Origin: Octopus sinensis
Taxonomy: Eukaryota
Assembly: GCF_006345805.1 (NCBI RefSeq)
Contig: NC_043004.1
Span: 19,716,001-19,780,000, forward strand
Reading direction: 5' to 3'
Length of the DNA: 64,000 nucleotides
This document shows positions 1-12,877 of this stretch, in pieces (position 1 is the stretch's first letter; every line of letters begins with the position of its first letter). Both the position numbers and the translations under genes were made by a program. The notes beneath the pieces were generated by a model that did no database searches, had not been told where the DNA came from, and saw nothing but the letters and a program-made list of their open reading frames with translations.

Positions 1-63
1 ACCTCTCATATAAAATTTTCCAACATTAGGACTGTGAAGTCAATTATCTGGCATTTTCTATTT

Positions 64-115
64 TCTTCATTTACTACTACTACTACTATACTACTACTAC
101 TACTACTACTACTAC

Positions 116-160
<45 letters not shown>

Positions 161-177
161 CACCACCACCACCACCA
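64..177. repeat. Compound trinucleotide microsatellite (TAC)n(TAA)n(CAC)n
   Basis: Read directly from the sequence. Confidence 0.95.
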
Positions 178-480
178 TATCAGGCCTTCTAGCTTCTATT
201 ACTTTGTCAGTCTGAATGTTAAAATCCCACAACATCTTGCATTTCTTACTTTCTATTGTTCATATCATTTATCAGTATGTTCAAATCTTAGCTTTCTACA
301 TAGCTCCCAGTGGATTGCCCTTCCTAGATTGTCATGTCTTTTCTTGTATTCTTTCTGCGCCAGCACGCTACATTCATTGCTATATGAGTAACGCTTTCCT
401 CATGTGCGTCTCATATACCACGTGCTTGGTCCATCAAAGATGTTCTTGTTTCTTTTATACGCGTTGTTTCCCTAGAAAAT
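178..480 (-). mobile_element. RLE-type non-LTR retrotransposon remnant (R4/Dong/NeSL group), zinc-knuckle and endonuclease region
   Basis: Minus strand 240->178 reads CKMLWDFNIQTDKVIEARRPD in one frame. This is the LWDF..QTD...RRPD motif preceding the PD-(D/E)xK nuclease. An ESVTHI-like zinc-knuckle remnant lies upstream. Stops and frameshifts are present. Confidence 0.8.
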
Positions 481-1889
481 GCAGGGGAAGATAGATGTTT
501 TGAATGGATGGGCTTTGTTGACGAATATAGATGATCACACCAGAATGATGTCGAACACCTTGGAAGAGAAATAGTTGGCTCCATTCAGAAATAAGTTGAG
601 GCTATAAAAGGAACAAAGATAAATCCAGGCAAGCCGGTGGGCTACAGCTTGGCACATGGAGAAGCAAGTTTAAGCTGTCAAAGAGCATAGTAAGCTGCCA
701 GACAAACGGCCAGAATAAACTGAAGAGATTACGACCTACGTTTGGTTGCCATACACTGGAATATTGCCAGGTGTTTACTGCCCTCTACTTCAGCGATATA
801 CTGAGGAATAGTAGTGGATAATAGCGATGAAATCTGGAAAACTATAGCCGTCGACGAGAACGAAGTAGCTGGGGTTGCTACTTGAGAATGTGGCACCCGG
901 GAACTGCAAAAGAAATTTCCAGAATTCCTTGTTTCTCAACATTTTTATCTTCTACTCTGTTTATCTCCACAGCAACCCACAGTCTAAAGCTCAGTCTCTC
1001 TCTCTCTCTCTCTTCCTTTCTGTCGCACACACTTACACGCACGAATAACACTAAATTATGCACATTATATTTATTAGTATCTTAAATTATCACAAAGCTA
1101 TTCATAATGATCAGCCCAGGTTATGACCAGTTATTATTGCCAATAGATGTGGTGAAAGGTAAAATTAACTATTTTAGAATCTGATGTTAACTTATAGAGG
1201 AACGAAATTAAATAATGTAGTTCATAATTCTTCTCGTTGGCGCTCCTTCTAAAACAAAAACGTTTATAGAAAATGTATATTGTAATAATATATAAGTAAC
1301 TTGAAGCCAGTATTTATTGGTTGTGGTTTCAAAAATTTTGAAACGTTTCATAGATTGTTATCAATTAAAAACAACCATTTTCATTAAGAATAGAAATCAA
1401 AAACTTTAATTTTACGAACGTTATAATCATCCTTGCTCTGTGGTTTCTAATGATGATATAGCGAATGTAACGGCCATAATTTCAATAGTCAAAGCATGTG
1501 AAATCTTCCACATACTATTTCATACATGTTGAGACACAATCTGTGAGCATTGTTTCACGTCCCCAAATATTAAATATTTTGGCAAGCTATCAAAACCTGA
1601 AAAAGTTAGCAAATTTGTGGTGGTGAAGAATATAGTGTTCTACAGGTCGACTGTGAAATAATTTCTAGCATATCTCATAAAGCGACAACTGCAAGTTCTC
1701 ATTAATTTAAATTCTTATAAACATTGGTAAGCATAATATATCTGAAGAAATAAAGATTGAATATTCTGACAATTTCGAGATTATTAAAATTGATTGAATC
1801 TTAAATGTCAGGGAAACGAAATTATATGTGCAACGTCGACCTACAACTTGATTACACGATATTAAATAACCTGAATTTATTCTATCTAT

Positions 1890-2605
1890 AAGACATCTTG
1901 ACGATGATGACGAGGAGGGTGCGTACACCCTCTACCTAAATCCACCAACATTTGAAAGATGTGACGACATTGCAGATGATCCCTCCAACTAGAGATTGGA
2001 ACTATATGGGCGTTTAAGAAGACGAGAAAAGAAGCTACCGAAGAAAAATGCATCCAACGTAAAAAACAGTACCTGGAAACGACTGGCAGGCAATCTTTCA
2101 CAGCTGCCAGACTGTCTTATCGTGTGCATTGCTACAGTCATAGTAGACTGAAGAAAAATATTCATCTGTGGAGTCGTAGTCTCGTCGGAGTAACAGATGC
2201 TATCATGTAGTTCCAAGAAGTCGAGAATTGTATAGGATATCTGTTATGATGTGTTTTCCACATTTATAATGTATGGCCACTCTTGTGACTGTAGATATTG
2301 CATCTACTCTAGTAGCCATGATATCTTCTTGTTATCGGATATAGCGTATCACTTGTATACCGGAATGGTGATACACTGAATTTTCTATCGTGCAATCGTT
2401 GATAGCTCTGCAAGACACCAAATTTGAACCGTCTACCTTCACTGTGATTCGAACTCGACTATAACACATAACTGACACTTAATTCCAACTGTGAAATAGT
2501 ACAACGACTGATACATGACTCCCTATACTGGTTGATGTCGCTTCACTTTAGAGCGGGTCCCTTATACTACTTCTCTCGTCGCAGGAGTGTACCATTTCCC
2601 CTACA
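1890..2605 (-). mobile_element. Probable LTR-retrotransposon 5' fragment (LTR plus adjacent internal sequence)
   Basis: Minus strand starts TGTAGG at 2605. It is followed by about 180 bp of LTR-like sequence and a TTGGTGTC PBS-like motif near 2420. No second LTR and no recognisable protein motif. Confidence 0.35.
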
Positions 2606-2801
2606 ACAATATCAAATATACAAAGAAAGGAATTGGAATCGAAAACGAAATTTAGGGTCGATAGACTGCCTATGATGTTTCAAACAATGAATGTAACAAT
2701 ATTGACACGGCAATATTAATGAAAATAGTGAGGCATTTTAGTAGTAGTAGCAGTAGGAAAACTACTATTAGTAGTAGTAGCATCAGTTGCTGTATTTATT
2801 T

Positions 2802-3275
2802 ATGCCTTATAAAAGGAATTCATTAAGCGACGGTGATGGTTTATATTATAAGGCTAAAATTGTAGCAGCTTCAGGAAATCTGATTTCTTCAGTAATTAAT
2901 TACTATGACGTCAATATAACAGCAAAATGAAATAAAACTGGTTTCCGAATTATTAATATCACTAAAATTGATGTTAAATGTGGTAGTGAGGGAATTAATC
3001 CAATAAAATACTTTAACTGATTAATCAATAAGAATTCCAAGAAACAGAGTTTAGAGGATTTCTACAATATCGATATTAGTTTACTTGAAATGATCCCTCA
3101 AAAGATTTCAAATTTTCCATAAAAAAAAACTTATTCATTGGAAGACCTATACTATACTTTATTGAAGGAAAATATTTTTCAATAAACGTTAGCATATTCT
3201 ATTCAAGAAATCATTTCAGAGAAAGTATATTCTACGATATCAAAAGTAGAAGAAAAAAGTCTAACTTCACTTTGA
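2802..3275 (+). pseudogene. Decayed reading frame of unknown origin (158 codons, 4 internal stops, no frameshift)
   Basis: One frame reads MPYKRNSLSDGDGLYYKAKIVAASGNLISSVINYYDVNITAK*NKTGFRIINITKIDVKCGSEGINPIKYFN*LINKNSKKQSLEDFYNIDISLLEMIPQKISNFP*KKTYSLEDLYYTLLKENIFQ*TLAYSIQEIISEKVYSTISKVEEKSLTSL*. Stops are fewer than expected for this AT content. Family not recognised. Confidence 0.3.
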
Positions 3276-3899
3276 TGGATTGTATGTCTGTGAAATGTAG
3301 GCTTCTTGCTCGCGGTCACATGTCTCTACATAACCCACTTTCAAAAACGTTTTCATATCACATTCTTCTTTAAAAACAACTATTACTTGAACCTCTAACT
3401 AATAGTCGTCGATCATATAATCTGAATTATAGCAGCAAGCAGCAAAAAGTTAAGTTTGCATATAGACAAAATAGTAAACTTTTTCTGTACTCCGAACTCG
3501 ATATCATTCAACAGAATCACATAACATATTAACCTTAAAATAATGCGCAGACAATACACAGACGTCATAAGTTATTGTCATTCTCTAAACGCAAGAAGCA
3601 GCTAAGTATATAGTAAGTTACTCTACTAGCTGCTGTTACTAGAAAGATACTTTATTAGCTGCTGGTTTCAAAGTACCACTTATTCGTGAGAAGTTTAACA
3701 CAAACAGCAGCAGGATAAATTTCTTCAAGTTCCCACACATAACAGTTACCGTATGAAAAGTTTAAGTTTACAATTCATAAAAAAACGTTTCTTTTAAACT
3801 GTACGAGTAATATTGGGTGGTTGATTTCACCCAATATCTAAGGAATAGATGACAAACATTAATCTTGTAACTAAGAAATATTTTACTTAAATAAAGATA

Positions 3900-4061
3900 A
3901 ATATGTACATACATATATATGCATACATACATATACATATGCATACACATAGATATATATTATGTATATACACACTCACATATATATTATGTATATATAT
4001 GTATATAATATATATATTATGTATATATCTATATATATACATATATATATAATATACATAC

Positions 4062-4112
<51 letters not shown>

Positions 4113-4310
4113 ATAAAGTGTACGTTTAAAAACATAAAAGGTATCTATCATAGGATACCTGGCACTAAAAGGATTAGCCAAAATCCCAACTACTGGTAGG
4201 GAAAACTTCGAAAATAATGAAAAATAAAAACATTCACCATCTATCTCCTGGCTACTTTTAGTAAAAATTTCTAAAATGTATTATTACCCTGATATTATTA
4301 ATTATATAAT

Positions 4311-4374
<64 letters not shown>

Positions 4375-4423
4375 TTGTATTCCACCTGCCTTCGTCTTTT
4401 GTTTATTTTCATAAAGCTTCCCG

Positions 4424-4470
<47 letters not shown>

Positions 4471-4600
4471 ATATACATATATGTATATATAATATATATA
4501 TGTATATATATTATATATATAATATATATGTGTGTATATATAATGCACATGTATATATATATATATATATAATATACAAATATATATGTATATATATATT

Positions 4601-4636
<36 letters not shown>

Positions 4637-4719
4637 ATATGTATATAATATTATATGTATATATATATGATATATATATATATACTATATATATATATAT
4701 CTATATATATATATATTAT

Positions 4720-4751
<32 letters not shown>

Positions 4752-4752
4752 A
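3900..4752. repeat. Complex (TA)n/(TACA)n microsatellite cluster with short unique inserts
   Basis: Read directly; it generates the YI-rich ORFs in the track. Confidence 0.95.
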
Positions 4753-5149
4753 TCTAAAATACTTAAAGAGAATATAACAGAAAGAGACAAACATAACGAT
4801 AAAAAAGAACGCAGCGAAGTGGAAATGAGAGAAAAACTTTTTATGGTTGAGCAATTTAAGAGTTTTATGAAAATTTTACTTTTTTATTTTTTTTTTATGA
4901 ACAACAAATTCCTTGGTTAAAAGTTTCCAACAAATTAACCCTTAGTCTGCCGAATTTTTGATAGCGTAGGGTGATAAGGAAGTAGCATAATGATAAGAAA
5001 CTACAATGTATTTTAGTTGAATGCACTGATTAGCGAAACCCATATATCTATTGAAAACCTATAGGCTTATAAGGGCTACAGGCTCCCTGCTTCCAATATG
5101 TTTTAATAGCTAAAATTTTACGACATACCCTGAACGTGATCTATCTTGG

Positions 5150-6970
5150 ACGCGTAAACGCTACATCATATCACACTTTCAAGTGTGATCTGGTATAGCG
5201 GTACGATGGTGTAATGTATTGTAAGAGGTGAATTTCGACTGCCATTTAAAATAATTCTGGTGTAATATTCTAGGTTCATGCTATCTTTATACACAGCATC
5301 TTCATATGATATGTCCTCATCAATGCCTAAGTGAATGTGACAATATTTGTGTGGAACAGAAAAGATAGAGAGACCTTTGAGAGGCTGATTTTCCCTGTTT
5401 AGAACAACAAATGCGATAATTTCTTTTAGCCAAATTCAGTTCCTGTATCAGCAGAAAAGTTAAATCTAGATCTTTTCAGCATTGTAATTATTTTTGGCAT
5501 ACAGCTTCTGGTCACCTACAAAGATATTATTGGTTACATTGATAACTCTAGAAGTCGCATAACCTAGCATATAGCGATTGGATATTTGTAGCGGAAATAA
5601 TGAGGATTTAATGTCAAAATAAACAAATTTGCAGAAAAGCTGTCTGTTTCGAATATTCCCATTGAAATATTTATAACAGCAGAGACGATTGATTCGCTCT
5701 CAGTGGTGAGTGTGAGGATTATATCCCAAGTTTGTGTGTATATCTCAATGGCAACAACTGCGGGAGTAGGTATGTTTGCGCAGCACAGAGACTGCAGCAA
5801 CCATGAATAAGAAACAGAGAAAAATGCTTTTCTATGAGCCAGCCATACTGTCACAAGTTTTCTGCGGTGTTTTCTTATTTCAGACAGCACAGTTTTGTTT
5901 ATCAAAAGTTGTTCAACACATTCCCAAACCCCTTTTTATTCCTCTGTCAGCTCATCAGACTCTATGTTGTTGGACTCATAAGGACCCTTGTGGAACTTTT
6001 TGTAAGACCTTGTCAAGACAAGCAACGAACTTATAGTTATCTGCCAACTCGGTAGTTTTATTCATGGTGACATGGATCTTCCGAGTTTCACCAAGCCAAT
6101 ATAGTACACCAATCTGTCTTTCTATAGTCCTGATAATATACATTTCAGTCGAAAGTCAAGCTTTTTTACCTGGCACGTACAAGCATTCTCATCATAATTT
6201 TTGCATCTAGCTATAAGTGAAATGTTTAGGGTCAATTGTGGACATAGGTACAGTATCCTGTACTAATGTATTGGTACACTATTCTATACTATGTATATTG
6301 CAGATATCTCATAGGAAAAAAGTTTCAGTATACATGGTAAACAGTGGCTTCCAAATTTTCTGAAATTGAATATATTTTAGTTATCTCTGTCAAATCAGTT
6401 ACACACATAGAAACATAAGAGTCTAGTAATGATGGCAGCGCTTTGTTTAGAGATTTTAGCCAGTTGTCAGTGTTTAGAGAAGATAGATTATCACAAGAGT
6501 TGGAATAGCAAATTCTATTTGTGATAGCCATTTAATTTTGCAAAGATGCATTCTGTCGAGTTCCGTCTCAGTATTATTTTAACCGCATTATATAAGCTAT
6601 AGAAGAGTCATCACGGTCTTTGTCATAGTACCGACATAAATGTTGTTTCAAGTGTGAAGACCGCGTAAAATAAGAAGAAAACTTACGTCACTTTGCATAA
6701 CTTACAGGTGCCGTTGTACTACTTGCGTTGGTACCAGTGTTGGCATTGTTCTTATCTGTATCATCAATGATCCTATTAATGAGGTACCTCGTAGTGTTAT
6801 TTATAGTTTGTAATCCGGCATGAATAATGATATATTGGTAAATATAAAATTTTTCATGTTATTTATAAATGAAGAAATGAAACAGTTACGGATTTAACTC
6901 ATAGTAATCGGAATATCTGTGGACGAAAACGCTCAACAACTCATTTTGAGTGGTCTTCTACCCCTGCACG
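5150..6970 (-). mobile_element. RLE-type LINE remnant (R4/Dong-like), N-terminal region and reverse transcriptase
   Basis: ORF 5564..5905 reads INKTVLSEIRKHRRKLVTVWLAHRKAFFSVSYSW (decayed WxDYxKAFDSVxHxW) and MGIFETDSFSANLF (decayed GIFQGDSLSPLLF). HLGIDEDISY near 5320 resembles the YKYLG motif. The upstream limit is approximate. Confidence 0.85.
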
Positions 6971-6984
6971 TCTGATGTTTACGG

Positions 6985-7072
6985 CACTATGTATGTATGA
7001 AGGCATGGATATAAGCATGTATGTGTGTATGCATGCATCTATATACACACATACACATACATACATACATAC

Positions 7073-7107
<35 letters not shown>

Positions 7108-7168
7108 CAAAATGAGAAAATGGATAAATGTATCTAAATCAATCATCAACCATCAGATATATATATAT

Positions 7169-7242
<74 letters not shown>

Positions 7243-7406
7243 ATATTATATATATATATATACACATACATACTTATATATATACACACATACATATATA
7301 CTTTATTAGAAATTAGCAAAAATATCACAGAAACTGTTACTCCACCGCTGGTATTAGAGTACTATTTTTCCACCTTGTTTCGCATTTATGTGCTTACTCT
7401 GGTACA

Positions 7407-7455
<49 letters not shown>

Positions 7456-7510
7456 CATGCACACACAAACATATATATATATATATACATACATACATAC
7501 ATACATACAT
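6985..7510. repeat. (TA)n/(TACA)n microsatellite cluster
   Basis: Read directly. Confidence 0.95.
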
Positions 7511-7929
7511 ACATACAGAGATACATAGTCGCATACACGTGCGGCGGGTACACGCATGCATGTTCACGAACGTACACTTTTACACAAATATCAGTATATG
7601 TTTGCGTGTGCAAACGTGTATGTGCGCGTGTTCGTATGTGTGTGTGTGAGCGTATGGATGTTTTTTCATGTATGGGCTTTAGAATGTATGTGTACATATA
7701 AAAATGACTGTGAACCAAAAGTGGAGGGCGACATATACAAACATGTGTATATGTCCCTCACTCCCTCCGTCATCTATCTATCTACCTATCAATCAATCTG
7801 TCTGTCTATTTCTCTGTCTGTCTGTCTGTCTATGTATATCATTGGTTACGATATAAAACCGGTAAGAGATTTGCCATTGGTTTTACTATTGTACTTGGCA
7901 AGATAGACGACTCAAGAGACCTGCTAGCC

Positions 7930-9480
7930 GGAAGCACATAGCATTTTTACTAATGGAGGTGAATATACAGTTTTGGTGAAATTAGCGGCGAAAACTGTAG
8001 CTGAAAATGTCCCTTGCTGAGATGCAATGAAGAATTGTTTCCTCTTAAATGATTCCAGCTATGGCTGAAATGGGTCATTCACTTTACGATATTTCTGTTT
8101 TCTTGTCCGCAGATGGGAAAGACCACGTTTCCAAAACGAATTTTCTGTCCTGAGGGCATCGGGTAAAAATCTCGCTTTCTGAATTCAAGAAGGCACAACA
8201 TATTTCCATATGTGTGTCCTTTCGTTTCTATTATTGTTTCTGCTATTTTTATTTCTTCAGCTTCGTCGACCAAGGCCTCGGTGTTGTATTGACCATCTAG
8301 CGGGCAATTACTGTTAACCCCATATGAGTACTCTGCTTCCATAAAGCGTTTTTGGGCGTTCCCTCATATCTTTTTACACTATGTGTGCAGCTGAAAGAGA
8401 TCGTTTTGTTATGTCTGTTGAATAATCTCCTTCACCTATGGAACCGTGAAATGCTTATTTACTAATCTAAGGAAGACCTTTCCCACGCAGATTTTGACAT
8501 TGATTGAGAGGGGCGGAGCAAACGAAAGGACCTTACAGTGGCACTTTTATTTAGGTTGTCATCTTCCGATACATAGGTGATGCAGTACTTATAAATGCTG
8601 GCTTCCAGAACCTCGTTGTAATAGGGAGCCGCTGTATCAAAAATATCTTCATTCGGGGATTGGTTCGAAATCCTCATACTAACAACTTTCACATAGGTTT
8701 TGGACAAATTGATTGGGGTGACATGAGGTTGTTTTGATAGAGGCCAGCTTTTCATTTTGTTTGCAGTAGAGCCCGTATGAAAAGGTGTCGAAATCAAGCG
8801 TAACATCTAAAGAAATTAACTACAGTTATGCTGAAACCAATGGTAACATAAAGAGCAAACGAGGCAAATGTATGATTCAGATTCTCCTGTCTGGATGTAC
8901 ACGTTTGCACTTCGAGAGATGGCTAAATCGTCAGTTCTATACAGACCAAAGTAAACTTACTGGAACATCTTAAGGTATCTAGTATATATTAACCTATGAG
9001 GTTGCAGATTTCCGCGCTGTCGAATACCCTCATCTCCATATTGAAGGAGATGGGGGTATTCGACATATTGAATGTTTAGTTTGTTTGATCCACAGTAGCG
9101 TTTTGATGGCGTGCATTATAACCTCTATGCCCTCATCACCAACGCCAGTGTTTATTGACGTTGGGGATAAGGGTATAACAGGTGATAAGGGCATAGCTAT
9201 CGATGGATAAAAGTCAATAATATCGAATTGGGTGAACTTTCCTCTGCCTCTACCCTGGTTTGCCTTAAACCATGAAATTACTTCATTTGATTCACATCAT
9301 AAGGAAAATCTTGGAAGCCTTCCTATGCTGTCGCTTTTCTCCCTCAAATTATACTTGGTCACCTGACCGATTTCCCATTTGAGTGGTTTGGTCAGGCATT
9401 ACCTGGAGTCGGAAGCGAAGTTTGGCATTTGATCCTTGATTCATATAAATAAATTTCTCTTAGCTAACAATTCCACTCAA
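7930..9480 (-). mobile_element. Penelope-like retroelement remnant (RT, linker and GIY-YIG region)
   Basis: KFTQFDIIDFYPSI at 9239->9196 is RT motif A. ORF 8462..8806 contains RISNQSPNEDIFDTAAPYYNEVL, typical of the PLE thumb. ORF 8079..8342 contains NCPLDGQYNTEALV, the CPLxG motif at the GIY-YIG start. Boundaries approximate. Confidence 0.85.
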
Positions 9481-9562
9481 TCAGCTGTACTTTGAGCGGT
9501 AGGTGTTTGCACCCATTGTTTATGCTACTATATATATATTATATATATATATATATATACAC

Positions 9563-9658
<96 letters not shown>

Positions 9659-9680
9659 ATATGTGTGTCAAATGAAAGTT

Positions 9681-10285
9681 GGAAGATGGAAGATATTAGA
9701 ATTTATTATTAATCATGACAATTGTTTCGACACATCTACCATCGATCCCTCATAGGTAGGACACTTAGTAACTGGTTCTGGAGTATCCGGCGTTGGAGAT
9801 ATATTTCGTCGACTGATGAATAAATATAACTCGTGAAAATATCATTTCCGCATGGTAACTTCTCGTTATGTAGGAAGAAAAACAATGCAGCCACGGAGGA
9901 AATATCTTCATTTATATAACAGTTCAAAAATAAAATCACAGATGGAGAAAGAGAAATGAACACGCAATCCAGCGAGAGGGATTTTAAAAATAACCGCTGG
10001 ATTGCGTGTTCTTTTCTCTTTTTTCCATCGGTGATTTTATTTCTGATCTGCTATATAAATGAAGATATTTTCCCCGTTTGGCTGCTTTTCTTGCAACAAA
10101 ACGAGAAGTTACGTTCCGGAACTGTTCTTTAACGAGTTGTACTCATTTATTACTCTACAAGATACATCTGCACTGCCGGATGCGCCTGAACCAGTCGTTG
10201 AGTGTCCCACCCATGAAGGATCTATGTTAGAGTTGTCGAACCAATTGTCGTGGTTAATAATAAATCCTCCTATATTCCATCTTCC
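9681..10285. repeat. Long diverged inverted repeat (arms 9681-9974 and 9995-10285, 20-bp spacer)
   Basis: Manual alignment: inner 17 bp perfect (GAACACGCAATCCAGCG). The outer 159 bp have 36 mismatches (about 77% identity). Confidence 0.9.
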
Positions 10286-10357
10286 ATTTGCGACCGTGCT
10301 TTACCAGTAAACAACCAGGTGTAAACAATTCTTTTTACTATATATATATATATATAT

Positions 10358-10827
10358 AAATTAAATTAGAGATAAAACCAATATTAGGCAAATCAAACAG
10401 TGAAAAACATAAACCAAAACATAAAAATAAATATAATCAATATAATATACAAAATTTTATAAATTTTTATATTTCTTAATATTTAAAAAAATTTTAAATT
10501 TATAAATTTTAAAACTTTTTTTATACTATCAAAAAGTATTAAAAATCTAGTAAAAAATAATAAGTAAAACCACTACGTACGTTTCATGGCCATGACCCAA
10601 TTCGAATTTAAATTAATTGGGTTATGGCCATGAAACGTACGTAGTGGTTTTTCTTCTTATTTTTTATTAAACTTTTAATACTTTTTGATAGTATAAAAAA
10701 AGTTTAAAACCTTGTAAATTTAAAATTTTAAAAATTATAAAAGAATATAAAAATTTGTAATTATATTTATCTTTATGTTTTTCACTGTTTGATTTGCCTA
10801 ATAGTGGTTTTATCTCTAATTTAATTT
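10358..10827. repeat. Fold-back palindrome of about 470 bp, starting in a TA repeat
   Basis: The ends AAATTAAATTAGAGATAAAACC and GGTTTTATCTCTAATTTAATTT are reverse complements. Inner arms 10566-10602 and 10615-10651 differ at one position. Confidence 0.9.
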
Positions 10828-11228
10828 ATATTTATACTGTGAAATTTGATTTAGTATTACTAAATTGAATTTTTCCTGTAAGTTTGGAATAATATTCCCT
10901 AATATTATAAATATATATATATATATATATAAATGTAATAAATATATATATATTTTTTCCCTGTAAATTTGGAATACTATTCCCTAATATTATTAAATAT
11001 ATATATATAATATATATATATATGAATGTAATATATATATATATATATAATTTATAAATATAAATTAATAAGTTTAATTTTAAATTTAAATTTTTTAAAT
11101 TTTTTAAATTTTTTAAATTTTTTAAATTTTATATTTTATATATATTTTGTATATTATATTAATTATTTTTATGTTTTGGTTATGTTTTTCACTGTTTGAT
11201 TTGCCTAATAGTGGTTTTATCTCTAATT

Positions 11229-11259
<31 letters not shown>

Positions 11260-11280
11260 TATATATATTATATATATATA

Positions 11281-11333
<53 letters not shown>

Positions 11334-11724
11334 TGTAATAAATATATATATTATGCCGTGTGCTTCACTACATACACTCACACTGTTAATTTTCGTTACA
11401 CTATCTCTTCCTAATTTCATTTCGCACGTCCTAAAGCGTATATATGGGAATACGTATCAGCAAACTAGGTGTACAAGACCGCGCATGTTAATATGCATTG
11501 TATTACTATTCCAGAACATGTAGCTTCTAGTTTGTTACTGTCATGAACGACGAAAAAACGACTTATCTGTGTGGTAGCTACTTTTATAGACCTGGGTTAG
11601 TCTTCACTATCAACTGTGTACCAACAAAGTAAGTGTCAGTTTCAAATATAAAAATATAATAACGTAGCAATGTAGAATGTTCAATAATTGAACAAATCAA
11701 CAAGTCATGCATCACATTCGCGAA

Positions 11725-11772
<48 letters not shown>

Positions 11773-11794
11773 TAGCAATGTATTGGTAACATGT

Positions 11795-12118
11795 AAAGGC
11801 CCCTTTCGGTGATGAATGATCATGAGACTGCACCTAGAAAGTTACACTCCGGGGCACAAGTCCAGGCAAGGTTGTTTTTGGAAGACCCGCAGTCACCCAT
11901 GCATACTAGCCTTCCTTCTCCACACCACCGATGTTATTCAAGGCAAAGCCCGGTACAGCATGGCACCAGTGACGTTGGAACTCATCTCTACAACTGAGTT
12001 AACTGGAGCAATGTGAAATAAAGTGTTTTGCTCAAGAACACAACACAGCGCGGTCCGGGAGTCGAACAAGTTATCTCATAGTGAGCCTGACGCTCTAACC
12101 ACTGAGTTATGGGTCTCC
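11795..12118 (-). mobile_element. tRNA-headed SINE with a V/Meta-like central domain
   Basis: Minus strand has A-box TAACTCAGTGG and B-box GTTCGACTCC, then TTGAGCAAAACACTTTATTTCACATTGCTCCAG. The tail matches 49200-49350. Confidence 0.75.
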
Positions 12119-12605
12119 CCTAGCAATATGTATAACATATTAAAGCATATATACAGTTACAAGCCTTCTAAAATGTAGTATTCGTCTCGAGAAAGGATCT
12201 TTTATAAACGAACAGTGTGAAAAACACAGAAATATATATGAAGAATCCCACTAACAACGCCAGTGGCGTTGATTAATTCGGATTTCTGTTTTTATTTTCT
12301 GGACATTATGAGTAGCAAGTATCCATCGGCAGATAAATAGTGAGTTGACAGGCCTTAGATACTGAATGAAGTGCTAAATACCTATAGTGTGCAAATGAAA
12401 AACCCTTGTTTTCTGGAGCTACTGTATTTGTTTTCTATATAAGCAAATTGCTACATGCTTCTCTGGGACTGTTTAAGTGATGGAAACACCGCTGATGAGA
12501 AACCGATGACTTACGAAAATTGATTAAGGCTTGTTTCATTGTTCCATTCCACTGAGAAATAGTTACATTTGCCCTGATTTATATGTGCACGGACACAGTC
12601 ACACA

Positions 12606-12645
<40 letters not shown>

Positions 12646-12877
12646 CCATTGCAAATCAGATATAAGAAGCAGAATTCTAAAATGTTCAAACATACTATAT
12701 CATCATGTGCTAAGCTACTTATTTCTGGAGGTTTTCGCTGTAAACACACTTCCATCCATTGTATGTTCAGTTTGTTCACTCGCATAGGGAATTTTATACA
12801 GCTGTTGTTAGGTTTAGAACAGATCAAAAGATATACATTCAATTGTCTAATCATACATAGTCATATTCTCTCTACAG

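Noticed and set aside
3810-3837. 10-bp perfect hairpin ATATTGGGTG/CACCCAATAT
   Set aside because: No CTAG terminus or matching 5' end for a Helitron; an isolated short stem can occur by chance.
6708-6783. Plus-strand hydrophobic exon-like segment (GAVVLLALVPVLALFLS)
   Set aside because: It is better explained as the antisense of the Asn/Thr-rich N-terminal region of the minus-strand LINE.
9681-9839. Apparent third-codon-position bias between the repeat arms, suggesting coding selection
   Set aside because: Counts were 8, 12 and 16 at positions 1, 2 and 3 out of 36 differences, too weak to distinguish from chance. Both candidate frames have stops.
9824-9850. CTGATGA...GAAA in the left arm of the inverted repeat
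   Set aside because: No convincing stem I or II, and the other arm does not conserve the core.
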